Source of the DNA: a bacterium
GTDB taxonomy: Bacteria; Hinthialibacterota; Hinthialibacteria; Hinthialibacterales; Hinthialibacteraceae
DNA: 64,000 nucleotides
Reading direction: 5' to 3'
Assembly (NCBI GenBank): GCA_041946805.1
Contig: JBHGBC010000007.1
Coordinates: 7,527-71,526, forward strand
A model generated the notes under the pieces. It had not been told where the DNA came from, did no database searches, and saw nothing but the letters and a program-made list of their open reading frames with translations. Shown here piece by piece: positions 29,279 to 39,654 of the stretch; the stretch's first letter is position 1, and every line of letters starts with the position of its first letter. The translations under genes were made by a program, and so were the position numbers.

Positions 29279-29695
29279 ATGGATCGCCAATCGGGCATCA
29301 CAGGGAAGCAAAGGATCAAACGCGTGAGTGACCGGATTTATCTGGAAGATGTAGTGGTTATGGCGCGGGTGGGGGCTGGAAAGCGGGAACGGGGAGAGCC
29401 GCAGCCTATCCGTTTGACGATTGTCATGGATTTCGACGCGAGGGCGGCGGGACGATCGGACAACCTGGCCGAAACGTTGAATTATGTGAAAGCCTACGAG
29501 ACCGTGGTGCGGGTGGCTCAATCCCGCCCCTTTGCCTTGTTGGAAGCGCTTGGCGAACGGATCGCGGAGGAGTTGCTGGCCTTGAAAGCCGAGGCGGTAC
29601 GTGTCAAGGCGTATAAAGAGAGGAATCCGATTCCCGGAATGCAAGGCCGGGTGGCGGTGGAAATCGTTCGCAACCGTGAACGGATGGGAACATGA
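29279..29695 (+). CDS. folB: dihydroneopterin aldolase
   Basis: DRIYLEDVVVMARVGAGKRERGEPQPIRLTIVMDFD...AAGRSDNLAETLNYVKAYETVV fits the FolB fold motifs. A GTG at 29324 may be the true start and would give 123 aa. Confidence 0.65.
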   Translation: MDRQSGITGKQRIKRVSDRIYLEDVVVMARVGAGKRERGEPQPIRLTIVMDFDARAAGRSDNLAETLNYVKAYETVVRVAQSRPFALLEALGERIAEELLALKAEAVRVKAYKERNPIPGMQGRVAVEIVRNRERMGT

Positions 29696-31977
29696 CGCGA
29701 AATCCAAAGCCTCTCGATAAACTAGCATCCGTCCGGGGATTCAAGGGGGGATTGGAGACGCCTATCCAATTCTGCCCCGGGGTAGGTCCGCAGCGGGGGG
29801 CGATATTTGAAAGGCTGGGGATTTATACGATTCAGGATTTGTTTTGGCATCTTCCCCGGGGATACGAGGATTATCACAGCCGGACGCCGGTGCTACGCCT
29901 GCGGGCGGGGGAATTGGCCACGGTGTCGGTGGAAGTGACCGCGGTGGAAGAACGGCTTCCCCGTCACGCCGGCAAGGTACGGCATATTCTGGAGGCGCGG
30001 GTCAGCGACCGGACCGCCGACATGATCGTAGTCTGGTTCAATCAGCCTTTTTTACGGGACAAGGTCAAGAGGGGAGTTCGGTTGCTGCTGCACGGCAAGG
30101 TCGAGTTATACAACTCGTTTTTGCAGATGTCTTCTCCAAAATACCAAATTTTGGACCGGGAGGAGCCGGAAACAGGGGAAAGCGGGATACTGCCTCTGTA
30201 TCCCTTGAGTGAGGGATTGACGCAAGGCGTGGTGCGCAAGGTGATCCAAAAAGCCTTGGAGCGCTTCGGAGCGTATTGCGAGGAATTCCTCCCCCCGGAA
30301 TGGCTGGAACGGCATGGGTATCCCGGCCGCAGGCGGGCGTTTTCCATCTTGCATTGTCCCAAACCAGGTGACGGCGCTCCCACCGATGTAAACGTAAGGC
30401 AGATGAATTTCCTGTGGGAAAGCGGAGAGGAAGAAGCGTTGCCGGTTCCCTGTTTGACCGGCGCGCCGGATTCCATCTGGGAAAAAGCCCGGCGGCGGCT
30501 GGTGTTCGAGGAATTCTGGCTGCACCAGTTGCTGACCCAGAAAAACCGGGCGGCGCGCCAACAACAACGGGGAATCGCGCATCCGTCACCCGATCCCAGC
30601 CCGTGGGGGGAAGACGCGGCCGCCGCGAATCCAAGCAATCCCCGGAGCTGGCCGGCGGTGTTTGTGAACCATCTGCCGTTCCGCCTGACGGAAGACCAAA
30701 TCCGGGTATGCCGGGAATTCGAGCAGGACATGAATTCCTCCCGGCCGATGAACCGGCTGTTGCAAGGGGACGTGGGATCGGGCAAGACGGTGGTATCGCT
30801 GTATGCGATGGTGGTGGCGGCGGCCGGCGGTGCGCAGGCGGCGCTGATGGCTCCCACGGAATTGCTCGCCCAGCAGCATGCCAACACCGTCCGCAAACTG
30901 ACCGCCGGCCTGCCGGAATTGAAGACGGTTTTGCTGATCGGCAGCGATACTCCTTCGGAACGGCAGGCGCATCTGCAGGCGTTGGCGGATGGATCGGCGC
31001 GGATCGCGGTGGGCACGCACGCCCTGTTTCAGGAACAGGTGGAATTCGCCAACCTGGGCCTGGTGGTCGTGGACGAGCAGCACAAGTTCGGCGTGCAGCA
31101 GCGGCAGCGGTTGATCGAAAAGGGGACTCACCCCGACTTGCTGGTGGCCACGGCTACCCCGATTCCCCGCACCTTGTCGCTGACGATGTTCGGGGACATG
31201 GATGTCTCGGTGATCCGCTCCCTCCCTCCTGGACGGCCGGCGGTGATCACCCGCTGGACGACCTGGGATAAGGAAACCAAGGTGTGGGAATTCGTGGAGG
31301 AGAAGATCGCGGCGGGCCAGCAGGCTTACGTGGTCTGCCCGATCATTGAACCGTCCGAGAACGTTCCCCATTTGCCTTCCACGGAAGAAGCATTCGAGAA
31401 ATTGTCGCGAACCTTCTTGCCCCACCGGCGGGTTGAACTCCTGCATGGGCGGCATTCGGCGGAAACCAAGGCCGGCATAATGGCGCGCATGCAAGCGGGG
31501 GAGGTCGACGTCGTGGTGGCGACCACGGTCATCGAGGTGGGCGTCGATCTGCCTAACGCCACGATCATGGTGGTGCTGGGGGCGGACCGCTTCGGCCTGG
31601 CGCAATTGCATCAGCTCAGGGGACGAGTGGGACGGGGAACTCGGAAGTCCTACTGCATTCTGATCACGCCCGATACGATTTCGCCCTTCGCCCTGAAACG
31701 CATGCAGGCGATGGAAAAGACGCGGGACGGTTTCGTGATCGCCGAGGAAGATCTGCGGCTGCGCGGGCCGGGCGAATCGTTCGGAATCCGACAAAGCGGG
31801 CATCTCAAGTTCCGGCTGGCCGATCCGTTTCATGATTTGGATTTATTGCAGGAAGCGCATGAGGAGGCGAAGAAGCTGTATCAGGAAGATCCCAGCCTGT
31901 CGCTGGCCTCGAATCAGCGGATTCAAAAAGAGCTCGACAAGGCCGGCCATCATTTCGAGGGATTACGGCCTTCGTGA
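29692..31977 (+). CDS. recG: ATP-dependent DNA helicase RecG
   Basis: Wedge domain followed by helicase motifs: LTEDQIRVCREFEQDM, LLQGDVGSGKTVVSLYAM (Walker A), DEQHKFGV, VATATPIPRTL, and QLRGRVGRG. Has an ATGA overlap with folB. Confidence 0.9.
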   Translation: MTRNPKPLDKLASVRGFKGGLETPIQFCPGVGPQRGAIFERLGIYTIQDLFWHLPRGYEDYHSRTPVLRLRAGELATVSVEVTAVEERLPRHAGKVRHILEARVSDRTADMIVVWFNQPFLRDKVKRGVRLLLHGKVELYNSFLQMSSPKYQILDREEPETGESGILPLYPLSEGLTQGVVRKVIQKALERFGAYCEEFLPPEWLERHGYPGRRRAFSILHCPKPGDGAPTDVNVRQMNFLWESGEEEALPVPCLTGAPDSIWEKARRRLVFEEFWLHQLLTQKNRAARQQQRGIAHPSPDPSPWGEDAAAANPSNPRSWPAVFVNHLPFRLTEDQIRVCREFEQDMNSSRPMNRLLQGDVGSGKTVVSLYAMVVAAAGGAQAALMAPTELLAQQHANTVRKLTAGLPELKTVLLIGSDTPSERQAHLQALADGSARIAVGTHALFQEQVEFANLGLVVVDEQHKFGVQQRQRLIEKGTHPDLLVATATPIPRTLSLTMFGDMDVSVIRSLPPGRPAVITRWTTWDKETKVWEFVEEKIAAGQQAYVVCPIIEPSENVPHLPSTEEAFEKLSRTFLPHRRVELLHGRHSAETKAGIMARMQAGEVDVVVATTVIEVGVDLPNATIMVVLGADRFGLAQLHQLRGRVGRGTRKSYCILITPDTISPFALKRMQAMEKTRDGFVIAEEDLRLRGPGESFGIRQSGHLKFRLADPFHDLDLLQEAHEEAKKLYQEDPSLSLASNQRIQKELDKAGHHFEGLRPS

Positions 31978-32047
31978 ATGGATTTGGAGGTGAAGCGGGT
32001 GTTGCAACCGGTTTCCATCCCCGAACGGAGCATGGTGGGGATTCAAG

Positions 32048-33016
32048 TCAACCGGCCAGATACTCCCGGATCAGCCGGATATTTCCGGGGGGCGTTTCCA
32101 AGGGCAGCGCGCCGGTGCCCATCAGGCAATTGGACCGGTTGCCGGTGATGCCAAGAATAAAATCGATCGCGCGGTAGATGCGTTCCGGTTCGCGGCAGGC
32201 CACGACGCCGGGATCCAGATTGACTCGGATTTGGACCGTGGGGCGGGCGCGTGTGGCGGCTTCGACAAACGCCTGCTGATTAGTTTCGACGTTGCAGACG
32301 ACGTATCCGGTGCCGGTGGAAAGAATATCCTCGAGTATCGGATAGGTGTTGCCGCCCATGATGCAGGGCACGGGATGCCCGACGCATTCCGCCGCGATTT
32401 CCAGGATGCGCCGGAGCGCGGGCAATTCCACCTGGTGGAACATCCGGGGAGACAGCATGGGGGGCGAGGCCGCCGATTCGAAAAACGCGAGGTCGAGGCC
32501 CGCGTCCGCCACGGCGCGGCACAGGACGGCCTGGTTCTCCGCGAGCCGCCGCAGGAAGGCCGCGGTGATCTCGGGGCGAACCGCGACGTCCTCACACAAT
32601 TGATTGATGCCGCGGAGATTGAAGGCGATCGAGAACGGGCCCGCCACGGGGATGCGCACATCGGCCTCGGGGAATTCCCGCTTCAGGCGTTGCCCCACGC
32701 CGATGACCATCGCGATCCGCCCATCGCGCCGGGGATCGAAAGGCTTCAGCGCCAAGCCATCCTCCAGCGAGTCCAGCAGGGGCTTATGAATGGCGGGGAT
32801 GCCGTTGGCGCCCGGCACCTGGATCGTGGCCCCGTACGCTTCGGCCTCGAGGTTGTAGATATCGATTCCCACGGCGATCATCTGGTGGCGGTATTCCAAG
32901 TACGCCGCGCGATGGCCGGCGAAGAGGAGTTCCGGATCGCGGGAGACTTCCCAGGGCGTGTGGCCCGTGAAACGGGCGGCGTGTTCGTAAATAACGGGCG
33001 TGAACGGAATCTTCAT
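32048..33016 (-). CDS. uroporphyrinogen decarboxylase (URO-D)-like family protein
   Basis: URO-D/MtaA-like TIM barrel of ~320 aa. Similarity is general rather than a diagnostic motif. Confidence 0.45.
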   Translation of the reverse strand: MKIPFTPVIYEHAARFTGHTPWEVSRDPELLFAGHRAAYLEYRHQMIAVGIDIYNLEAEAYGATIQVPGANGIPAIHKPLLDSLEDGLALKPFDPRRDGRIAMVIGVGQRLKREFPEADVRIPVAGPFSIAFNLRGINQLCEDVAVRPEITAAFLRRLAENQAVLCRAVADAGLDLAFFESAASPPMLSPRMFHQVELPALRRILEIAAECVGHPVPCIMGGNTYPILEDILSTGTGYVVCNVETNQQAFVEAATRARPTVQIRVNLDPGVVACREPERIYRAIDFILGITGNRSNCLMGTGALPLETPPGNIRLIREYLAG

Positions 33017-33074
33017 GGTGATACCTCCCAGGGCGCCAGGGACGCCTTATTTTTCCCAGTTTTCTTTCCGTGTA

Positions 33075-33286
33075 CGGCTCATCCGGCCAGCGCGTACTTT
33101 TTTTCAAGCATGCCCGGCCGCTTTTCAACCGGGCGGGCCGGGGGACGTAACCACCAAATCCCCTCACCCTCGGGGAGAGGGCCTGGGTGAGGGCCTATTT
33201 GCAGGGGCGGACCTGGGTGTCCGTCCGAATCCTTGAGTGGATAGTCCGCCTACCTCATTAGCCGGTACGCGCTGGCCGGATGAACC
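33075..33286. mobile_element. MITE-like ~210-bp element copy A with terminal inverted repeats (TCATCCGGCCAGCGCGTAC...GTACGCGCTGGCCGGATGA) and embedded REP core
   Basis: Perfect 19-bp terminal inverted repeats. Internal REP core at 33160-33193. Internal hairpin CGGACCTGGGTGTCCG. Shares overall architecture with the copies at 51224 and 60447. Confidence 0.7.
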
Positions 33287-33420
33287 CCATGTCAGAACCT
33301 ACCCTATCATGTTTTTCACGGGGATGAAACGAGGGGGACGAAGGTCTGGCGGATGGCGGTTTGGATCGCCCTATCCCTTTCGCCCCGGCCGTGATTCATT
33401 GAGAGGTTGCGTGTCAATTC

Positions 33421-34938
33421 TTGAGATGCGGGAGAGACTTCATGGATGCCTCCTTGGGATGGTTGGATAGCGGAATTCTGATCGTCTACGCGGTCTTGAT
33501 GGTTGGGACAGGAATTTATTCGATGGGGAAAAGCCGCACGGCCGAACAGTTCATGGTCGCCGGGCGGTCCATTCCCGCGTGGGCCGCGGGATTGGCGATT
33601 TTCGGCGCGTACACCAGCAGCATTTCGTACATCGCCACGCCGGGCAAGGCCTTCGACACCAACTGGCACCCGTTCATCTTCTCGCTGACGATTTTTCCCG
33701 TGGCCTGGGTCTCGTGCCGGTACGTGATTCCCCACTACCGGAACTCCGGGCTCATATCCGTGTACGCTTTTTTGGAAGACCGCTTGGGTTCGTGGGCCCG
33801 GTTCTATTCCTCGTTTTCCTTCCTGCTGTACGAGACCAGCCGCACGGCCGTCATCCTGTACCTGGTGGGATTGCTGGTGAGCCATTACCTGCCGCTGAGC
33901 ATCGGGACAATCATCATCCTGGTGGGATTCATCACCATCTTGTACACCCTGATGGGGGGCATGGAAGCGGTGGTGTGGACGGATGTGATTCAATCCCTGG
34001 TGATGATCGCCGGCATCGCCTTTTGCGCCTACATGCTGACCATGGCCGTGTTCGCCCCGCCCGCTTATTTGATCCAAACGGCCTGGGACCAACACAAATT
34101 CAGTCTGGGCAGTTGGGATTTGTCCTTGTCCCCGCGGGAGGGCTCCCGGACGGTCTGGGTGATGATCATCTATGGCGTGGTGGAAAATCTCCGCAGCCTG
34201 ATCGCCGATCAGAATTACGTGCAAAAGTACGTTTCCGTGGCCACCGAGAAAGAAGCCCGGCGTTCGGTCTGGATCGGCATGCTGGTCTATGCGCCGCTCA
34301 CGGTGGTCTTCCTGTACATCGGAACCGCCTTGTTCGCGTTTTATTCCCCCGGGGGACACCCCCTCCCGGACTCCGTCACCAAGGGCGACCAGGTTTTTCC
34401 GTATTTCATCGCCACCCAGGTGCCCATGGGGTTGAAAGGGCTGATCATCGCCGCGATCATGGCCGCCGCCATGAGCACGGTGTCTTCGTCGTTGAATTGC
34501 GCCGCGACCGTTACCCTGATCGATTTTTGGCAAGTGTATGTCAATCCCCACATCAGCGAGAAACACAGTGTCCGGTTGCTGCGGTGGATGACATTGGTCT
34601 GGGGCGTTCTGGGCACGGGTTTCGCCTTGTTGATGATCAAGGCCGCCAGCGCGCTGGATGTCTGGTGGACGTTCGCGGGCATCTTCGGCGGAGGCATGCT
34701 GGGCTTGTTCGTGCTGGCGTTGTTTGGAGTCCCGCTGCGTGCCTGGCAGGGAGTGACGATCATCGCCATCAGCATTTTCGTCATCATCTGGGGGACTTTT
34801 TCCTCCAGTCTGCCGGCGTCCTGGCAATGGGCGGCGCTGTCGGTGGACGATATCCTGCTGGGCTCGATGGGTACCGCCGCCATGCTGGTCTTCGCGCTGC
34901 TGTTTGGATGGAGCAACCGGAAGAGCCACGGGCGATAG
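33421..34938 (+). CDS. sodium:solute symporter family (SSF) transporter
   Basis: About 13 TM segments. SSF-type blocks: FMVAGRSIPAWAAGLAIFGAYTSSISYIATPG and GLKGLIIAAIMAAAMSTVSSSLN. Confidence 0.8.
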   Translation: MRCGRDFMDASLGWLDSGILIVYAVLMVGTGIYSMGKSRTAEQFMVAGRSIPAWAAGLAIFGAYTSSISYIATPGKAFDTNWHPFIFSLTIFPVAWVSCRYVIPHYRNSGLISVYAFLEDRLGSWARFYSSFSFLLYETSRTAVILYLVGLLVSHYLPLSIGTIIILVGFITILYTLMGGMEAVVWTDVIQSLVMIAGIAFCAYMLTMAVFAPPAYLIQTAWDQHKFSLGSWDLSLSPREGSRTVWVMIIYGVVENLRSLIADQNYVQKYVSVATEKEARRSVWIGMLVYAPLTVVFLYIGTALFAFYSPGGHPLPDSVTKGDQVFPYFIATQVPMGLKGLIIAAIMAAAMSTVSSSLNCAATVTLIDFWQVYVNPHISEKHSVRLLRWMTLVWGVLGTGFALLMIKAASALDVWWTFAGIFGGGMLGLFVLALFGVPLRAWQGVTIIAISIFVIIWGTFSSSLPASWQWAALSVDDILLGSMGTAAMLVFALLFGWSNRKSHGR

Positions 34939-35029
34939 GGAAGCCGATGGATTACGCGCCGCGCGTCAATCCATCCACCCCACGGGACCGCCGCTTTCTC
35001 GAGGATGACATGAGGAGCACGAAATGGAC

Positions 35030-35794
35030 TTACATGCCCCGCTCTCGCAGTAATTCTTCCGCGCGGCGCAGGTCTTCCGGCGTGTCCACGGCAAAGCCGG
35101 TGAAGGTGGAATCCGCGACGGAGGTTTTCACCACCTTGATCTTATAGCCATGCTCCAAGACCCTCAGCTGCTCGAGTGATTCTTCCCGTTCCAAGGGGGT
35201 CGGACTCAGCGTGGCCAGGATCCGCAGGAAATCCCGGCGGTATCCGTAGATGCCGATATGGTCATAGATGGGAATTCCGGTATGCTGGCGGGGATAGGGA
35301 ATCAGCGAACGGGAAAAGTAGAGCGCGTAGCCTTGCCGGTCCGTAACGGTCTTGACAATGGCCGGATTGGTGTAATCTTCCGGGCGCTCAATCCGGTAAA
35401 TGGAGGTTCCCATGGGAACGGCGGGATCTGCGCGCAGCGCGTCGACGATTTCGTCGATCATGCCGGGATGGACGAACGGCATGTCCCCCTGGATGTTGAT
35501 GACGAGTTCCGGGCGGATCCCCTCCTGCTGTTCCAGAATATCCACGGCCTCGGCGATCCGGTCGGTGCCCGATGGATGATCGGGCGAGGTCAAAACCGCC
35601 TGGCCGCCGATCCTTTCGAGTTCCGCGGCGATCCGGGAATCGTCGGTGGCCACGTACAGCCAATCGAGGGTGCGGCAGCTAGAGGCTTGTTCATACACGC
35701 GTTGAATCAGGCTTTTTCCCGCGATGGAAGCCAACGGTTTGCCGGGCAACCGCGTGGATCCAAACCGGGATGGAATGACGCCCAGGACGGCCAT
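35030..35794 (-). CDS. kdsB: 3-deoxy-manno-octulosonate cytidylyltransferase (CMP-Kdo synthetase)
   Basis: MAVLGVIPSRFGSTRLPGKPLASIAGKSLIQRV matches the KdsB N-terminal signature. IYGYRRDFL region. Confidence 0.85.
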   Translation of the reverse strand: MAVLGVIPSRFGSTRLPGKPLASIAGKSLIQRVYEQASSCRTLDWLYVATDDSRIAAELERIGGQAVLTSPDHPSGTDRIAEAVDILEQQEGIRPELVINIQGDMPFVHPGMIDEIVDALRADPAVPMGTSIYRIERPEDYTNPAIVKTVTDRQGYALYFSRSLIPYPRQHTGIPIYDHIGIYGYRRDFLRILATLSPTPLEREESLEQLRVLEHGYKIKVVKTSVADSTFTGFAVDTPEDLRRAEELLRERGM

Positions 35795-35939
35795 GTTTTT
35801 TCCCCTTTCATGGGACCTCTGGATGAAATGGATCCGGTTCCGCTGTAAAATACAAAAGGGAACACGCCAGGGTAAGTTTGGATGAGGGATTTTTTCTATT
35901 ATTTGGGATGAACACCCTTTTTTCGCCCTTTCGGGGCTG

Positions 35940-35972
35940 CCCTCACCCTGGCCCTCTCCCGGAGGGAGAGGG
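35940..35972. repeat. REP-like element copy (CCCTCACCCTGGCCCTCTCCCGGAGGGAGAGGG)
   Basis: Intergenic, between kdsB and the 36094 gene. Confidence 0.85.
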
Positions 35973-36093
35973 AATAGGAGGCCCGCCCATGGGGAGACTG
36001 ATCAACTGGTTTGGACAACAAGCGTGTACAGTGGATGAGGCCAATTTTCTTGGGTGATAGATCTGTCCAATTTCTTTTTAAAAGGAAAATTCC

Positions 36094-37287
36094 ATGAAAC
36101 CGGAACGCAAACGAATCGAGGAATGGCGCGCGGCGCTTTCCCCGGAATGCCGCGGCCGGATCGATCAGGCCTGTGACATAATCTGCCGGACGAAGGAACG
36201 GGGCGGCAAAATCGCCGTGGTGACCGGTAGCGGGCCGAACGTGCATGAAGGCGTCACGACGCAGATCGCCGAACTGATGCGGGCGGGAATCGTCGATGGG
36301 GTCACCACCAGCGCCGCGGTGGTGGCGCACGAAATGGGGGGCGTGCTGGACCGGGTGAAACGGGTGGACGGCCGCGCCTTGGGCATCGCGCCTGACCTGC
36401 TGCCCCGGGGCGGATTGTTTGAGTTTTCGTTGATCGATAAGACACGGCTGGAAGTGGTCGCCGGCGATCTCCCCATCGATTGGGAACTGTGGAACCAAGG
36501 GGAGAAAGCCAGCGGCGCGGTGATCATCAAGGCCGCGGGCAACATGGGCTATCCCATGGGATTGTGGATCGAGCAGGCGGCGGAGCGCATTCTCCATCTG
36601 GCCCGGGACCAGAATCAGCCATTCGAAAAAATCGCGGGAGACTATGCCGATGAACGCACCATGACCGGCCAGGGCGCGCGCCGCGGAGTGCCAATGTTGG
36701 TCACGATTCCCCAGTTGGTTGGCGGGGGGATGGTGGGATTGGCCATCGGCGACAGCATCCCCATTTCCCAGCGCGCCCGCCGGATCGCGGAACTGCTCGA
36801 ATCGGCCGAGGTCATCATCGAATCCGCCGTGGTTTTGACCCAGGAGATCCACGACGGCCCCTATGAAACCTTTACCGGACACGGCATCTGGGCGGGCTGG
36901 CAAGGCCAATCCACCTACCGGCTGGAAAACAAGCAGCTGATCCGCATCGATCTGGATTCCGCCCTCGACCGCGCCTGGCGGTTCGAACGCGAATCGCGGA
37001 CCGTACAGGAGGCGATCGACAAGGGACTTCCAAAAACCAAACTCATGGATATTCCGTTTCGCATGGAAATGTCGGGATTCGCCCGGCTGGAAGGCAGTTT
37101 GCCCATCATCGCCGACATCGGTGTGGTGTGGCCCATTCTCGCGGCGGGCCTGGAGGAACGGCTGGGGATCGAGTTGGACTTTATTTCCGCCCCGCAACAG
37201 ACGCCGGAAGGCCAGCGCATGCGCGCATGGATCGCGGACGAAATCCAGCCGATCCAGCCGGTGCGGGAGAGAACGCTTACCGGATGA
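36094..37287 (+). CDS. hypothetical protein (397 aa), Rossmann-like N-terminus
   Basis: Protein-like composition and GC3. The antisense 524-aa ORF is Arg/Gly/Pro-rich junk that spans a REP. No family recognised (IAVVTGSGPNVHEG). Confidence 0.5.
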   Translation: MKPERKRIEEWRAALSPECRGRIDQACDIICRTKERGGKIAVVTGSGPNVHEGVTTQIAELMRAGIVDGVTTSAAVVAHEMGGVLDRVKRVDGRALGIAPDLLPRGGLFEFSLIDKTRLEVVAGDLPIDWELWNQGEKASGAVIIKAAGNMGYPMGLWIEQAAERILHLARDQNQPFEKIAGDYADERTMTGQGARRGVPMLVTIPQLVGGGMVGLAIGDSIPISQRARRIAELLESAEVIIESAVVLTQEIHDGPYETFTGHGIWAGWQGQSTYRLENKQLIRIDLDSALDRAWRFERESRTVQEAIDKGLPKTKLMDIPFRMEMSGFARLEGSLPIIADIGVVWPILAAGLEERLGIELDFISAPQQTPEGQRMRAWIADEIQPIQPVRERTLTG

Positions 37288-37356
37288 TCCATTATTCTTC
37301 TGAAAAATACGATCGGTAATCATCCGAATTGACTGGCCAAATTTTTCACCTGATCC

Positions 37357-37387
37357 CCTGTCCTCCGGGAGAGGGTTCGGGTGAGGG
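37357..37387. repeat. REP-like element copy (CCTCCGGGAGAGGGTTCGGGTGAGGG)
   Basis: Intergenic. Lies downstream of both the convergent 36094 and 37504 genes. Confidence 0.8.
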
Positions 37388-37503
37388 AGGTCCTTGCTTG
37401 GGCGTCCCTCACCCGGCTGCTCCCTGATGGGGGGGAGAAGAAAAACAAACTGGCGAGGCATCGGTGTTTCCAAGGAAAATTGGCTAGGGACTGGAATCCA
37501 GGC

Positions 37504-37851
37504 TTAGCTGGATGACTGGGCTTCGGGCGGCTCGTGTTTCGGCTTCTGAAGTTCCATCATGCGCGACCACACCCAGGTACAGGCTTGGTGATATTCCTCC
37601 TTGCCGGGTGGAATCGAATTCTTGAAGTTCGTGTAATCCATGGTTTGGACATAATCCGCGAGCCATTTTTCCACTTCCGCCACTGGAAGGAACGCGCGGA
37701 AGCGGTAATCGGCTTCAGGGTCCTGAAAAACCTCCGCGTCCGGAAAAGCGGATTCGATATCCCCTTGGCAACGGGCGCGGACCAAGCGGCGCTCCGGATG
37801 GTTCCGGTCTTTCACGATCGAGAGAAAAGCCTGGCTGGTGAAGATCCACAT
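37504..37851 (-). CDS. small hypothetical protein (115 aa), partner of the HIRAN-domain protein
   Basis: 24-nt gap to the upstream HIRAN gene on the same strand. Protein-like sequence (MWIFTSQAFLSIVKDRNHPERRLVRARCQGDIESAFPDAEVF...). No family recognised. Confidence 0.5.
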   Translation of the reverse strand: MWIFTSQAFLSIVKDRNHPERRLVRARCQGDIESAFPDAEVFQDPEADYRFRAFLPVAEVEKWLADYVQTMDYTNFKNSIPPGKEEYHQACTWVWSRMMELQKPKHEPPEAQSSS

Positions 37852-37875
37852 GTATCTCTTCCTCCGCGCGATGAT

Positions 37876-39366
37876 TTACGATTCCACCGGGAACGCCGCG
37901 AGATGGCAGAGGGAATCCTCGAACCACACGCCGGTCCCGTAGAGGGAGGATTCCCGCACCATCAGTTCGTTGCCCAATCCGATGGACGGATCGCACAGAT
38001 TGACCGATAGGCTGAGCCGGACGAGGAAATCGCGGGCTGCCTGGGGATCGGTTTTCGGCAGGCGGCGGGGATCGAAAGCCGCCTGGGTGAAGTACGATCC
38101 GGCCAGCTGGTCCCAGCAATCCTTGAAAACGCCGGGATCATGGAAGAAATCCAGGCCGATGATGGCATCCCCGCTGCCCACGAGGACCCCCGCCGCGTTG
38201 TCCGGCAGTACCAATTTTTCCCGGAAGGATTGTGTCTTTTCCTCCGATTGCTGGTAGCCGTCGGTGACCGAGGAGGTGGGGGAGCAGGCGTGCAACTCAT
38301 GCAGGTGCAGATCCACCTCTTCCCAGACCTCGCCCTGATCGCTCATGGCCATCCCGGTGGAGGCCCGGCATTCCTGGACACTGCGCATTTTCTTGCCGCG
38401 CAGCCGGGGGTGGGCGTAATACGCGGATTGGAAGCGGCGGGACGAATACCGCCAGCGCCCCCGCTCCACGCAACTGACGGGGATGCGCAGCGACTGCTTC
38501 GCGGCGACCAGGATCGACACGTTGACCACCCGGTTCTGCTTGGCCCCCACCAGAATTTCCCCCTCGGGGACCAGGAGGGGTTTGGAACCGAGGTTGTGGA
38601 CCGTCAGTTCCTGCACCCGGCCTTCTTCGGACACTTCCTCGATCTGCGCCTCGCCGGTTTCCAGGGCCTTGCGCAGCAGGACGAAGGGGGCCTGCGAGCC
38701 GTTGAGCGGATACAGCGGGAACAGGGTGAGGTTTTGGTGATGGATGGCATCGCCCATTTTCAAGCCGCCGATTTTTTCGCGGATCGTGTCCAGCAGCGAG
38801 TAGGTCCGCGAGTGTTTCAGGGCTTCCGCCTTGGCGGGAAAGAGGGCGAGAAGCAGGTGCGTTTCGGGAGCCACGCCGCGCGCCGCGGTTTTCTCCAGCC
38901 GTTTGGACAGACCCCAGATCACGTCCGGATTTTTGTAGGTGTCCAGTTTGACGAACACCTCGCGGATGGTCTCATGCAGCGCCTCGACGTCGGTGGCGGG
39001 ATTTTCGATGGGCGCCAGGATCGAAAAACCGTGCCGCGTCAGGAACACCTTGAGTTCCGCGGGAAAGCCCTCGTGCCGGCGGAAGGGATTCGGATTCCAC
39101 GAGGCGGGAACCCGGGCCTCGAGCCAGACCGCTCCCCGGTCGATCAAGGGCGCAAGCCACCGCGTCATCTCGCGGGAAAGATAACCGACCCGCGCGAAAT
39201 CCGGATTCTTCACCAGAATCGCGTTGGAGTCGTGCGGATTGTAGATGTCCCGCTCCAGATGCAATTCGTCCCCGGGACGGACTTCGCCCGCCACGTATTG
39301 GCACCCGGTCAGCCTTGTCTGAATCTCACCCAGATACTTTTCTTGTACATCGCCGATGGGGGTCAT
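37876..39366 (-). CDS. HIRAN-domain protein fused to an uncharacterised ~380-aa C-terminal domain
   Basis: Start MTPIGDVQEK at 39366 follows the RBS GGGAGA. The N-terminal ~110 aa match the HIRAN consensus: GEVRPGDELHLERDIYNPHDSNAILVKNPDFARVGYLSREMTRWLAPLIDRG (L.L.REP.NPYD.NAI.V....GYL.RE.A..LAPL.D.G). The C-terminal region (LTLFPL...GEILVGAKQNRVVNVSILV...) is not recognised. Confidence 0.65.
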   Translation of the reverse strand: MTPIGDVQEKYLGEIQTRLTGCQYVAGEVRPGDELHLERDIYNPHDSNAILVKNPDFARVGYLSREMTRWLAPLIDRGAVWLEARVPASWNPNPFRRHEGFPAELKVFLTRHGFSILAPIENPATDVEALHETIREVFVKLDTYKNPDVIWGLSKRLEKTAARGVAPETHLLLALFPAKAEALKHSRTYSLLDTIREKIGGLKMGDAIHHQNLTLFPLYPLNGSQAPFVLLRKALETGEAQIEEVSEEGRVQELTVHNLGSKPLLVPEGEILVGAKQNRVVNVSILVAAKQSLRIPVSCVERGRWRYSSRRFQSAYYAHPRLRGKKMRSVQECRASTGMAMSDQGEVWEEVDLHLHELHACSPTSSVTDGYQQSEEKTQSFREKLVLPDNAAGVLVGSGDAIIGLDFFHDPGVFKDCWDQLAGSYFTQAAFDPRRLPKTDPQAARDFLVRLSLSVNLCDPSIGLGNELMVRESSLYGTGVWFEDSLCHLAAFPVES

Positions 39367-39654
39367 GATCGTTCTCCCTGTCTGGACAGTATGGACCAGC
39401 CTCAATTCCAAGCCTGCCATGCCCGGTTCCTTGGAAATCCCATGAAGAGGATGTCTTCTTGGGATTCCCCTTGAATACAAGAACGATGCCAGGTTGCGAT
39501 GGCGCGGGACTCCCGGGGCGTAATTGTCTGAATCCAGTGATCCTGATGAAGATAAAATTACCAATAGGGTAATATTTCGGCGGGGTTGGGGCCAGGATTT
39601 GAGTTCAATTATTGCGTGGGAGATTCAATATTTGAGCACGGGGCGGCGGCGGGA

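Noticed and set aside
39471-39493. Sigma-54-like promoter candidate TGGCAT-N5-TTGTAT upstream of the HIRAN gene (minus strand)
   Set aside because: The -24 GG is present, but the -12 element reads GT instead of the near-invariant GC. Without a PWM score it is too weak to call.
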